NCBI GenBank assembly: GCA_051985095.1
Contig: JBPYEE010000054.1
Span: forward strand, 1-35,101
From: Vicinamibacterales bacterium
GTDB lineage: Bacteria; Acidobacteriota; Vicinamibacteria; Vicinamibacterales; CAVVIG01
Direction of reading: 5' to 3'
DNA: 35,101 bases
Below are positions 15,874 to 25,384 of this stretch, one piece after another (the stretch's first letter is position 1; each line of letters starts with the position of its first letter). The notes beneath the pieces were generated by a model. The model searched no databases. It had not been told where the DNA came from and saw only the letters and a program-made list of their open reading frames with translations. Made by a program: the position numbers and the translations under genes.

Positions 15874-18768
15874 GTGGCGTTCAGCTTGCACCTTTTTGAG
15901 AAGGTGCTGGCCACACGACGCCCGCTGTCGACATACCGGCTGCAGCTGAACCGCGATTTCACCTTTGCTAAGGCCACTTGCATAGTCGGATACCTGGCCG
16001 ACCTTGGCGTCGGGGATGTCTACGCCTCGTCTTATCTCGCTGCAGTTCCGGGAAGCCCACACGGCTACGACGTCAGCGATCCGACACGGCTCAATCCCGA
16101 CCTCGGCACCGACACCGAGTACTGGGTCTGGATTCGGGCGATGCAGGCCCACGGGATGGGGCACCTGATCGACGTCGTGCCGAACCACATGGGGATCGCG
16201 GCATCAGCGAATCCGTGGTGGCTCGATGTGCTCGAGAACGGGCCCAGCTCGCGGTACGCGCGGTTCTTCGACATCGAATGGCATCCGATCAAGGCCGAGT
16301 TGGCCGACAAGGTTCTCATCCCGGTGCTCGGCGATCAGTACGGCGAAGTCCTCGAGCGCCGGGAGTTGCAGCTGGCGTTTCAGGACGGCGGCTTTCGCGT
16401 CCAGTACTACGACGAGGTGCTGCCGATCGCGCCAGACACGTATCCGCAGGTACTCGCCGACGAACTGCCCGACTGGCTCGCGATGCACCGCGGCGACGAC
16501 GCCGACGAGATGCAGAGCATCATGACGGCGGCCTCGAATCTGCCGTCGCGCAGCGCGCGGGATCCCGACGCGATCGCGACGCGCGCGCGCGAGAAGGAAA
16601 TCGTCAAGCGCCGGCTCGCCGATCTCGCATCGCGCAGCGTGCCGGTCGGCGCGCTGATCGGCCGCGCGGTGACCCGTCTCAATGGGATCGCGGGGCAGCC
16701 GCACAGCTTTGATGCGCTCGATCGTCTGCTGAGCGCGCAGTCGTACCGCGTGGCGCACTGGCGGGTGGCGTCCGAAGAGATCAACTACCGGCGCTTTTTC
16801 GACGTCAACCAGCTGGCGGCGCTCCGCATGGAAGACCCGGCGGTGTTCGACGAGGTCCATCGCCTGATCTTCCAACTCGTCGAACGTGGCGCCGCCACCG
16901 GCCTGCGCCTCGATCATGTCGACGGCCTCTTCGCGCCCGGCGACTATCTCCGCCGCCTGCAGTCGCGCCTTCAGCATCCGTTCTACATCGTCGTCGAAAA
17001 GATCCTCGCGACGGGTGAACAGCTGCCGCACGAGTGGCCGATCGCCGGCACCACCGGATACGAGTTCGGGGCGGTCGTCAACAATCTATTCGTCGATGGA
17101 CGCAACGAGCGCGCGCTCGAGGACATCTATTGGCGGTTCATCCGCGAACGGCGCGAGCGGCAGACCTTCGAGGATCTGGCCTACCGGAGCAAGAAACAGA
17201 TTCTGCACGAAACGATGTCGGGCGATATCAACTCACTCGGCCATCAGCTGAACTGTTTCTCCGAGCGCAACCGCCACTTTCGCGATTTCACGCTCTACAA
17301 CCTGATCTCGACGATCAAGGAGATCATCGCCAGCTTCCCGGTGTACCGGACATACGTCAACGAACAGGATCCCATCAGCGAGCACGATCGCCGGTACATC
17401 GGCGAGGCGGTGCGAAGCGCGAAGCGGCGGGCCGGCGGCATGACGTCGCTGGCCTTCGATTTCATCGAACGGCTGCTCCTGAAGCGGACGCCCGTGGCGA
17501 CCCCGGAGGAGAGCGCCGAGCGCGCCCGGATCATCGGGAAATTCCAGCAGATTACGAGCCCGATCGCCGCCAAAGGCATCGAAGACACCGCGCTGTATCT
17601 GTACAACCGGCTCGTCTCTCTCAACGAAGTCGGCAGCGATCCGACCGTGTTCGGCCTCTCTCCGGCGCAGGTGCATCGGTGGATGGCCGAGCGGCAGCGG
17701 TGCTGGCCGGCGGCGCTGTCGACAACCTCCACGCACGATACCAAGCGCGGCGAGGACGTCCGCGCACGCCTCAACGTCCTCTCGGAAATCCCGGGCGCGT
17801 GGAGAGCGGCGGTGTAGAAATGGCGGGCACTCAACCGCCGCCACAAGACCGACCTCGCCGAAGGCGTGCCGGACCGCAATGAGGAGTACTTCATCTATCA
17901 GACGCTGGTCGGTGCCTGGCCGAGCGATCCGACGGGCCACGAGGCCGATAGCCGCTTTTGCCGGCGGATCGTCGACTACATCCGCAAGGCGCTCCGGGAG
18001 TCGAAGGTTCACACCAGTTGGATCAGTCCGAACGAAGAGTATGAACGAGCGGTCACCCGATTCATCACCGCCATCCTGCAGCGCCGGCGGTCGAATCCGT
18101 TTCTCCGCGCGTTCGTGCCATTTCAGCGACGCGTCGCCGAACTGGGGATCTACAACAGCCTTGCGCAACTCGTCCTGAAGATTACGGCGCCCGGCGTCCC
18201 CGACTTCTACCAGGGGACCGAGTGGTGGGACCTCAATCTGGTCGATCCCGACAACCGTCGCCCGGTCGACTACGAGCGGCGGCGGAACACGCTGGCCGCG
18301 TTGCAGAGCTGTCCGGGACCGGCCGGCGACTGTGCGAGCGACCTGCTGGACCATCGTGCCGACGGGCGCGTCAAGATGTTCGTGATGGCGCGCGCACTCC
18401 AGGCGCGCCGGGAGTTTCAGCCCGTGTACGAGGAGGGCGACTACGTGCCCCTCGAGGTGTCCGGCGAGCGGCACGACTGCGTGTTCGCGTTTGCGCGCGC
18501 CGCCGCCGCCGGGGTGGCCCTTACGATTGTCCCGCGCCTGATCGCGTCCCTGATCCCCGACGTGGCGGCCCCGCCGCTCGGGCGCGCGGTGTGGGGCGAC
18601 ACGCGGATCGACGTCGGCCCGGCGCTGCACGGGTCGTCCGGTCGGTGGCGCAATGTGTTCACGACGGCGCTCATCGACACCCCCGGCGGATCGGGCGATC
18701 GCTCGCTCGACGTCGCTGCGCTGCTCGAGCGCTTTCCGGTTGCCGTGCTCGTCCCGTGCTCCGCGTGA
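15874..18768 (+). pseudogene. treY: Malto-oligosyltrehalose synthase (TreY) interrupted by a single in-frame TAG at 17815..17817
   Basis: Track ORFs 15874..17817 and 17866..18768 are in the same frame (the difference is 1992 nt, which is 664 codons). The bridging codons KWRALNRRHKTDLAEGV are open. N-terminus ...STYRLQLNRDFTF...YASSYL...SPHGYDV.DP..LNP.LG......DVVPNHMG, and the downstream part ...DRNEEYFIYQTLVGAWP... are typical of one contiguous TreY of about 960 aa. Confidence 0.85.
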
Positions 18769-18868
18769 CGGCGCGGTCGCCCGATTGACGCGCGATTCGC
18801 GGCCCTTCGCCGCACGCCGGCTCCACCCCGCCGTTCCACGCAATCCCGCCTTGATGTAACGTCGCCCT

Positions 18869-21781
18869 ATGGATCTCGAATCTGACCTTCGCCGCGGCGT
18901 CCGCGGCGAAGTGCGGTTTGACCGCGGCAGCCGCGCGCTGTACGCGACCGACGGCTCCAACTACCGCCAGGTGCCGCTCGGCGTCGTCCTCCCGCAGTCG
19001 AAGGACGACGTCCTGGCGACCATTGACATCTGCCGTGCGCATGGTGCGCCGATTCTGTCGCGGGGAGGCGGCACGAGCCTCGCCGGTCAGTGCTGCAACG
19101 TCGCCGTCGTCATGGACATGTCGAAGTACTTCAACTGCGTGCTCGACATCGACCGTGATCAGCGATTCGCGCGTGTCGAGCCGGGATGCATCCTCGACAC
19201 CTTGCGCGACGCGGCGGCGCCCTACGGGCTCACCTTCGGCCCCGATCCGGCGACGCACAATCGCTGCACCATCGGCGGCATGCTGGGCAACGACTCGTGC
19301 GGCGTGCATTCGGTGATGTCGCAGTTCTACGGACCGGGACCGCGCACGACCGACAACACGCGACGCCTCGAGATCGTCACCTACGACGGCCTTCGGCTGT
19401 GGGTCGGCGCGACGAGCGAGGACGAGCTGCAACGCGTGATCGAGGGCGGCGGCCGCCGGGGCCAGATTTACGCCGCGCTGCGGCAGCTGCGCGATCGCTA
19501 TGGTGAGCTGATTCGCGCCCGGTATCCGAAGATTCCTCGCCGCGTCTCGGGCTACAACCTCGACGAGCTGCTGCCCGAACGCGGATTCAATGTCGCGCGC
19601 GCGCTCGTCGGAACCGAATCGACGTGCGTGACGATCCTCGAAGCCGAACTGCTGCTCGTCCCCAATCCGCCGGCGCGTTCGCTGCTCGTACTGGGGTACC
19701 CCGATGTGTACAGCGCCGGCGATCACGTTCCGGAGCTGCTCGAACTGCGACCGATCGGACTCGAAGGGATGGATGACGTTCTCATCGACGATATGAAGAA
19801 GGCGCGCCTCCACCCTGAGCGCATCACTCTGCTGCCCGAGGGCAAGGGTTGGCTGCTCGTCGAATTCGGCGGCGACTCGCGCGAGGAGAGCGACGCGAAG
19901 GTCCGGGCGGCGATGGCGGCGCTGCGGGCGAAGCCGAATCCGCCGTCGATGAGAACGTTCGATGACCCGCGGCAGGAGGCGTCGATCTGGAAGGTGCGCG
20001 AGTCGGGCCTCGGGGCCACCGCGCATGTCCCCGGCGAAGCGCTGACCTGGGAGGGATGGGAAGACTCCGCCGTCCCTCCGCATCGGGTTGGCGATTACCT
20101 GCGGGACCTGCGGAGGCTGTTCCAGAAATTCGGATACAGCGGCACGCTATACGGCCATTTCGGCCAGGGCTGCATCCACACCCGAATCGATTTCGACCTC
20201 GAGAGCGCCGCCGGCATCGAAAAATACCGGCGATTCATCGACGAGGCGTCGACCCTCGTGGTGGCGTACGGGGGATCGCTCTCCGGCGAGCATGGCGACG
20301 GGCAATCGAGGGCGGAGTTTCTGCCGAAGATGTTCGGGCCGGAACTGGTCGAGGCGTTCCGCGCGTTCAAGACCACCTGGGATCCCGAGGGCCGCATGAA
20401 CCCGGGCAAAATCGTCAACCCGTACCGGATCGACCAGAACCTGCGCCTCGGCGCCGACTACCGGCCGCCCCGTCCGGCAACCCACTTCCGCTTCCCGGAC
20501 GATCGAAACAGCTTTGCGTTCGCGACGCTGCGCTGCGTTGGCGTCGGGGAATGCCGGCGCGAACGCGGCGGCACGATGTGCCCGAGCTATCGCGTGACGC
20601 GAGACGAAATGCATTCGACACGCGGGCGCGCGCGACTGTTGTTCGAGATGCTCGAGGCCGACCCGCTGCGCGGCGGCTGGCGTGACGAGCACGTGAAAGA
20701 GGCGCTCGATCTGTGCCTCGCGTGCAAGGGCTGCAAGAGCGACTGCCCCGTGAAGGTCGACATGGCGACCTACAAGGCAGAGTTCCTCTCGCACTATTAC
20801 GCCGGACGCGTGCGGCCGGTGTCCGCGTATGCGATGGGCTGGATCCACATCTGGGCACGGCTGGCTGCACGGGCGCCGCGGCTCGTCAACACGCTGACGC
20901 ACCTGCCAGGCCTCTCGTCGCTCATCAAGCAGTCGGGCGGCATTGCGCCCGAGCGCACGGTGCCGCGCTTCGCGGATCGCACATTCACCGACTGGTTTCG
21001 ATCGCGGGACGGGGCCGCCCGCCGCGGCTTGACCGATGAGCGGGCGTCCGTGATCCTCTGGCCGGACACCTTCACCAATCATTTCCACCCGGAGACGGCG
21101 ATCGCGGCGACCGAGGTGCTCGAACGCGCCGGCTGCCGCGTACTCGTGCCTGTCGAGTCGATGTGCTGCGGCCGTCCCCTCTACGATTACGGATTCCTGC
21201 GCTACGCGAAGCGTCTGTTGCGGCACGTGATGGACACGCTGCGCCCGCACCTCGACGCCGGCACGCCAATCGTCGTGCTCGAGCCGAGTTGCCTGGCCGT
21301 TTTTCGCGACGAGCTCCTCGGCCTGTTTCCCGGAAACCCGGACGCGACGCGGCTGTCCCGGCAGGCGTTCCTGCTGAGCGAATTCCTGCGCCATCAGGTC
21401 GACGGTTACACACCGCCCCGCCTGAGCGGTTCGCTGATGCTGCACGGCCACTGTCATCACAAAGCCATTGCGACGCTCGACGACGAAGAGGCGCTCCTGC
21501 GAGCGACGGGGATCCAGCTGGAATCGCTTGACTCCGGCTGTTGCGGGATGGCCGGCAGCTTCGGTTTCGAAGCGGCGCACTATCAAACGTCAATGGCAGT
21601 CGGCGAGCTGGTCCTGCTGCCGGCTGTCCGGCACGCCGCCGCCGATACGCTCATCGTCGCCGATGGATTCAGCTGCCGGGAGCAAATCGCGCAGGGCGCC
21701 CACCGGCGCGCGTGGCATCTTGCTGAGGTGCTGAACCGCGCGCACCTCGCACCAGCCACGCCCGTCACGAACCGGCCTTGA
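18869..21781 (+). CDS. FAD-binding oxidase fused to a Fe-S / CCG-domain module (GlcD-GlcF fusion, E. coli YdiJ-type architecture)
   Basis: 970 aa. N-terminal FAD-binding PCMH-type region ...PLGVVLPQSKDDVLATIDICRAHGAPILSRGGGTSLAGQ.... Cys clusters CVGVGEC...CPSY and CLACKGCKSDCP. Two CCG motifs (SMCCGRPL, SGCCGMAGSFG). Confidence 0.85.
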   Translation: MDLESDLRRGVRGEVRFDRGSRALYATDGSNYRQVPLGVVLPQSKDDVLATIDICRAHGAPILSRGGGTSLAGQCCNVAVVMDMSKYFNCVLDIDRDQRFARVEPGCILDTLRDAAAPYGLTFGPDPATHNRCTIGGMLGNDSCGVHSVMSQFYGPGPRTTDNTRRLEIVTYDGLRLWVGATSEDELQRVIEGGGRRGQIYAALRQLRDRYGELIRARYPKIPRRVSGYNLDELLPERGFNVARALVGTESTCVTILEAELLLVPNPPARSLLVLGYPDVYSAGDHVPELLELRPIGLEGMDDVLIDDMKKARLHPERITLLPEGKGWLLVEFGGDSREESDAKVRAAMAALRAKPNPPSMRTFDDPRQEASIWKVRESGLGATAHVPGEALTWEGWEDSAVPPHRVGDYLRDLRRLFQKFGYSGTLYGHFGQGCIHTRIDFDLESAAGIEKYRRFIDEASTLVVAYGGSLSGEHGDGQSRAEFLPKMFGPELVEAFRAFKTTWDPEGRMNPGKIVNPYRIDQNLRLGADYRPPRPATHFRFPDDRNSFAFATLRCVGVGECRRERGGTMCPSYRVTRDEMHSTRGRARLLFEMLEADPLRGGWRDEHVKEALDLCLACKGCKSDCPVKVDMATYKAEFLSHYYAGRVRPVSAYAMGWIHIWARLAARAPRLVNTLTHLPGLSSLIKQSGGIAPERTVPRFADRTFTDWFRSRDGAARRGLTDERASVILWPDTFTNHFHPETAIAATEVLERAGCRVLVPVESMCCGRPLYDYGFLRYAKRLLRHVMDTLRPHLDAGTPIVVLEPSCLAVFRDELLGLFPGNPDATRLSRQAFLLSEFLRHQVDGYTPPRLSGSLMLHGHCHHKAIATLDDEEALLRATGIQLESLDSGCCGMAGSFGFEAAHYQTSMAVGELVLLPAVRHAAADTLIVADGFSCREQIAQGAHRRAWHLAEVLNRAHLAPATPVTNRP

Positions 21782-22562
21782 TGGCGCGCGTCCAGAGCGC
21801 GATCTGCGAGGGGGTCATCAGCCCGAACGGCTCTTCGCGACCGTCGCGGTATTTCCAGTATTCGACGTCGTGCAAGTATTGCTCGCGCGAGATCAACGTT
21901 CCGTAACAGATGTCGTTCTGGAGGTTCGGCCGGCTGCGCGTCAGGCGACGGACCAATTCCTCGAGCACCCAGCTCGGAACGTTCTGACGTTTGTCGGGAT
22001 ACACGAATCCAAACATGATCAGGTGGCTCAGCAGGACCCGCCAGTGGTCGCCGAACCGCATCAGCAGTCGCGGCCAGTCGAGCGCGGCTCCGGTCTCGCG
22101 CAGCAGGTGCATCACATCGGCGCCGTCGAAGCGCTCCCGCTCCTGGATGAACGCTTTCGACCAGATGATCTCTTCGCATGGCGCGATGCGGACGATCAAC
22201 CCGAGCACGTTCGTTTTTGATGCATGGTCGAACCAGAGCTCATCGACACGGGCGACCCCGTTGCCCGAATTGAAGATCACATCCATGAAGTGCCCGCCGG
22301 CGTGAATCTTTCCGAGCCAGTGCGGGAACGACAGCTCGGTCTCGTAGCCGAGGCGGTCGAACGCCTCGAGGACGCGCGGACGATCCTCCGGTTTCACAAA
22401 CACGTCGAGATCTTTGGTCTCGCGCGGCACCCGGGAGTGATAAGAGAACGCGAACGCGCCGCCGAGCAGAAACGGGATGCGCCTGTCCTCGAGCGTCCGA
22501 ATTGCCTCGATGTAGAACTCAGCCGCCGGATCCTGCCCGGCGCGTGCCGTCCATGTCTCCAT
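21765..22562 (-). CDS. Nucleotidyltransferase-fold protein (pol-beta superfamily), function unknown
   Basis: 265 aa. IPFLLGGAFAFSYHSRVPRETKDLDVFV fits the G[GS]-x(9-13)-D-x-D minimal NTase motif. A GAGGGA SD-like element sits between the upstream MPE stop (22571) and this ATG (22562). The 3' end overlaps the convergent FAD/Fe-S gene by 17 nt. Confidence 0.65.
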   Translation of the reverse strand: METWTARAGQDPAAEFYIEAIRTLEDRRIPFLLGGAFAFSYHSRVPRETKDLDVFVKPEDRPRVLEAFDRLGYETELSFPHWLGKIHAGGHFMDVIFNSGNGVARVDELWFDHASKTNVLGLIVRIAPCEEIIWSKAFIQERERFDGADVMHLLRETGAALDWPRLLMRFGDHWRVLLSHLIMFGFVYPDKRQNVPSWVLEELVRRLTRSRPNLQNDICYGTLISREQYLHDVEYWKYRDGREEPFGLMTPSQIALWTRAIKAGS

Positions 22563-22570
22563 GCAATCCC

Positions 22571-23353
22571 TCAGGACGCGATCACGTCGGTGGCGCGGCG
22601 CCGCGGCTGAGCGGCCAGACGATCCTCGACGGGCAGGTCGAAGACCCGGAACGGCGGACGATCGACGGCCGTGCGGGTCAGAAGCGGCATCGACACGTTA
22701 TAGACGGGCACGCCGTTTTTCGTCTTCGCCTGCAGTTGCCCGCGGTGGGCATGGCCGTGGAGGACGAGCGACACCGGGTAGCGGCCGATCGGTTCTTCGA
22801 GGCGGCTCGATCCGAGAAACGGATAGATCTCGAGCGGCTCGCCTTCGACGGTTCCGACAATGGGCGCGTAGTGCAGGAGGACGACGAGCGGAGCGCTGCG
22901 CAACCGCGCCAGGGCGGCCTCGAGCTTCAGCGCTTCGTCGACCGCCTCGCGCACGAACTGCTTGATGGTCGGCTCGCCCCAGGGTCCGAGCGCACGCTGG
23001 CCGAATCCGCCGCCGAAGCCTTTCACACCCGCAACGCCAACGCCCTTCACCTCGCAGGCGTCGCCATCGAGGATCGTCACGCCGGCCTCCGACAGAATCG
23101 CGGTGATCTCGCCCGCCCTGCCCGACTCGACGTCGTGGTTTCCGAGCACGGCGCAGACCGGAATGCGAAGCGACGGCAGCTCGCGCGCCAGGGTTTTGGC
23201 TTCGTCCGGGAGGCCGGAATCCGTGAGGTCGCCGGCAATCAGAGCGAGGTCAGCCGCCTCGGCGATTTGGGCGAAGAGTGGTTGAAAAGCGCCCTGGGAG
23301 GACTTCGTGCAGTGCAAATCCGCCAGCGCGGCGAGGCGCACGGTCCCAGCCAT
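22571..23353 (-). CDS. Metallophosphoesterase (calcineurin-like)
   Basis: Track ORF 22571..23401, with the start more likely at ATG 23353..23351. Motifs: ...LADLHC... (D-x-H), ...IAGDLTD... (GD), ...VLGNHD... (GNH[DE]), ...LLHYAP..., ...LHGHAHRG... (GH-x-H). Confidence 0.85.
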   Translation of the reverse strand: MAGTVRLAALADLHCTKSSQGAFQPLFAQIAEAADLALIAGDLTDSGLPDEAKTLARELPSLRIPVCAVLGNHDVESGRAGEITAILSEAGVTILDGDACEVKGVGVAGVKGFGGGFGQRALGPWGEPTIKQFVREAVDEALKLEAALARLRSAPLVVLLHYAPIVGTVEGEPLEIYPFLGSSRLEEPIGRYPVSLVLHGHAHRGQLQAKTKNGVPVYNVSMPLLTRTAVDRPPFRVFDLPVEDRLAAQPRRRATDVIAS

Positions 23354-23449
23354 AAAGGCCGAAACCGTTTCAAGAGTTACGCCAGACCCACCTCGATGCA
23401 AACTGATGAGCTTGCCGCCGAATCGGCGACACCCCTAGTATCCCGGTTC

Positions 23450-23827
23450 ATGGCAGCTGGTCCGCTCGTGTTGATCGTCGAAGACGATCCTGAGACGAGG
23501 CATTTCTATACCGCCGCGTTCGAGCGCGGCGGCTTCGAAACCGAGCAGGCCCACAATGGTCATCAGGCGCTTGCAAAGGCGTTGTCGAGTCCGCAGCCCG
23601 ATCTGATTCTCACCGACATTGCGGTGCCCGGCCTCGACGGGATCGAGCTGTGCCGACGCCTGCGCGCCGACGAACGGACTCGCGGCATTCCGGTCCTCGC
23701 GATCACCGGCTATGACGATCGCCATTATCCCGACCGCGTCAGGATCGCCGGCGCCAACCACGTCCTGCTGAAGCCCTGCGACAGCGAGCTCCTCGTGAAC
23801 GAGGCGCGCCGTTTGCTCTCGAAGTAG
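23450..23827 (+). CDS. Stand-alone response-regulator receiver protein (CheY-like)
   Basis: C-terminal 125 aa of track ORF 22502..23827, taken from ATG 23450. LVLIVEDD..., phospho-acceptor context DLILTDIAVPGLDG, ...PVLAITGY..., ...LLKP.... The upstream part of the track ORF is antisense to the MPE gene. Confidence 0.85.
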   Translation: MAAGPLVLIVEDDPETRHFYTAAFERGGFETEQAHNGHQALAKALSSPQPDLILTDIAVPGLDGIELCRRLRADERTRGIPVLAITGYDDRHYPDRVRIAGANHVLLKPCDSELLVNEARRLLSK

Positions 23828-24081
23828 GGGCGGCACGCCGTCGTGGTATTTGCTGCCGGCGATCGCGGTCGCGATCGCTGACTCTAGTGGTGCGGACGTG
23901 GCCGTACGTGGCAGGCTCCGGATTCGGGCATGTAGCCGATCGGCGGGCTCGGCATTTCGCTGCTGATGCGCGCGGCCATCCTGCTGACCCGGCCGCGCCG
24001 CGTCGTCTGACCTGACGAGCCGGGCGGTCTCTGCGTCGGTGGCGCCGCCCATCCCGCGTAATAGAATGTCACGCCACGGGT

Positions 24082-25368
24082 ATGTCCACTGCGAAAGAGT
24101 CGGCCTTTGAAATGGCCGCGTCGAATGTGCGGTTCGGCGCCGGCGTCACACGCGAGGTCGGCATGGATCTCGCGGAACTCGGCGCACGACGCGTGTTGGT
24201 GCTGACCGACCCAATCGTCGGGCGCCTGCCGCCGGCGCTCGCCGTCATGGAATCGCTCGAGGCGAACGGCATTGCCGCCGCCATGTTCGATCGGGTCCGC
24301 GTCGAACCGACCGATGAGTCGTTCCGCGAGGCAATCGCCTTTGCCGCGGCTGATCACTTCGATGCTTTCGTCGCGGTTGGCGGCGGGTCGACCATCGACA
24401 CCGCCAAGGCCACAAACCTGTACACAACGTACCCGCCGGAAGACTTTCTCGATTACGTGAATCCGCCAATCGGCAGAGGCCTGCCGGTCCCTGGTCCGCT
24501 GAAGCCGCTGATGGCCGTTCCGACAACGGCCGGCACCGGCAGCGAAACCACCGGCGTGAGCATTTTCGATTTGACGAGCCTGCATGCGAAAACCGGGATC
24601 GCCAGCCGACGGCTGAAGCCGACGCTCGGTTACCTCGACCCGAACAACACGCGCACGATGCCACCGCAGGTCGCGGCCTCGAGCGGCCTCGACATCCTCA
24701 GCCACGCGGTGGAGTCGTACACGGCGATGCCCTTCACCGACCGGCCGAAACCGGATCGGCCGGCCCTGCGGCCCGCATATCAGGGATCGAATCCGATCAG
24801 TGATATCTGGTCGATCGCGGCGCTGCAGATCGTCGCGAACTACCTGGTCCGCGCCGTCGAGGATCCGTCCGACGATGAGGCGCGAGCGCAGATGATTCTC
24901 GCGGCGTCATACGCCGGCGTCGGATTTGGCAACGCGGGGGTCCATCTGCCGCATGGCATGTCGTATCCGGTGTCGGGCCATGTGAAAACGTACCGGGCAC
25001 CCGGCTACGACGTCGACCATCCCATCGTGCCGCACGGCTTCTCGGTCATCCTGAACGCCCCGGCAGTTTTTCGCTTCACCGCCCCGGCCCATCCCGATCG
25101 TCATCTGACTGCAGCCGCGGCGCTTGGAAGCGACGTGTCGCGCGTCCGAAGCGCGGACGCCGGACCGGTCCTGGCCGATCGGATCACGTGGTTCATGCAG
25201 CGCCTGGGGACGCCGAACGGCCTGCGCGCCGTCGGCTACTCGGCGAGCGACATCCCGGCGCTCGTCGAGGGCACGCTGCCGCAACATCGCGTGACGAAGC
25301 TCTCACCGCGGCCGGCGGGCCCCGAGGAGCTGGCACGGCTGTTCGAGCACGCGATGACCGCCTGGTGA
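24082..25368 (+). CDS. Iron-containing alcohol dehydrogenase family, hydroxyacid-oxoacid transhydrogenase (ADHFE1/HOT)-like
   Basis: 428 aa. ...FAVGGGSTIDTAKA..., ...MAVPTTAGTGSETT..., ...DILSHAVESY..., ...GVHLPHGMSYPVSG.... The overall length and N-terminus (AASNVRFGAGVTREVG) resemble HOT-type members. The subfamily call is tentative. Confidence 0.85.
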   Translation: MSTAKESAFEMAASNVRFGAGVTREVGMDLAELGARRVLVLTDPIVGRLPPALAVMESLEANGIAAAMFDRVRVEPTDESFREAIAFAAADHFDAFVAVGGGSTIDTAKATNLYTTYPPEDFLDYVNPPIGRGLPVPGPLKPLMAVPTTAGTGSETTGVSIFDLTSLHAKTGIASRRLKPTLGYLDPNNTRTMPPQVAASSGLDILSHAVESYTAMPFTDRPKPDRPALRPAYQGSNPISDIWSIAALQIVANYLVRAVEDPSDDEARAQMILAASYAGVGFGNAGVHLPHGMSYPVSGHVKTYRAPGYDVDHPIVPHGFSVILNAPAVFRFTAPAHPDRHLTAAAALGSDVSRVRSADAGPVLADRITWFMQRLGTPNGLRAVGYSASDIPALVEGTLPQHRVTKLSPRPAGPEELARLFEHAMTAW

Positions 25369-25384
25369 GCCGCGGGCGGCTGCC

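Noticed and set aside
17815-17817. The in-frame TAG in treY as pyrrolysine or genome-wide stop reassignment
   Set aside because: TAG terminates at least three other well-defined genes in this window at sensible positions. No pyl-type genes are visible in the window.
17233-21586. Minus-strand ORFs 17233..18960 (575 aa), 18671..20083 (470 aa) and 20147..21586 (479 aa)
   Set aside because: They are antisense shadows of treY and the FAD/Fe-S oxidase, with no recognisable domains.
22502-23449. N-terminal 316 codons of track ORF 22502..23827
   Set aside because: This part is antisense to the metallophosphoesterase and NTase genes. Only the last 125 codons form the receiver domain, which has its own ATG and a -10-like box.
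23435-24705. Minus-strand ORFs 23435..24052 and 23884..24705
   Set aside because: They are antisense to the receiver and iron-ADH genes, with no motifs and Arg-rich composition.
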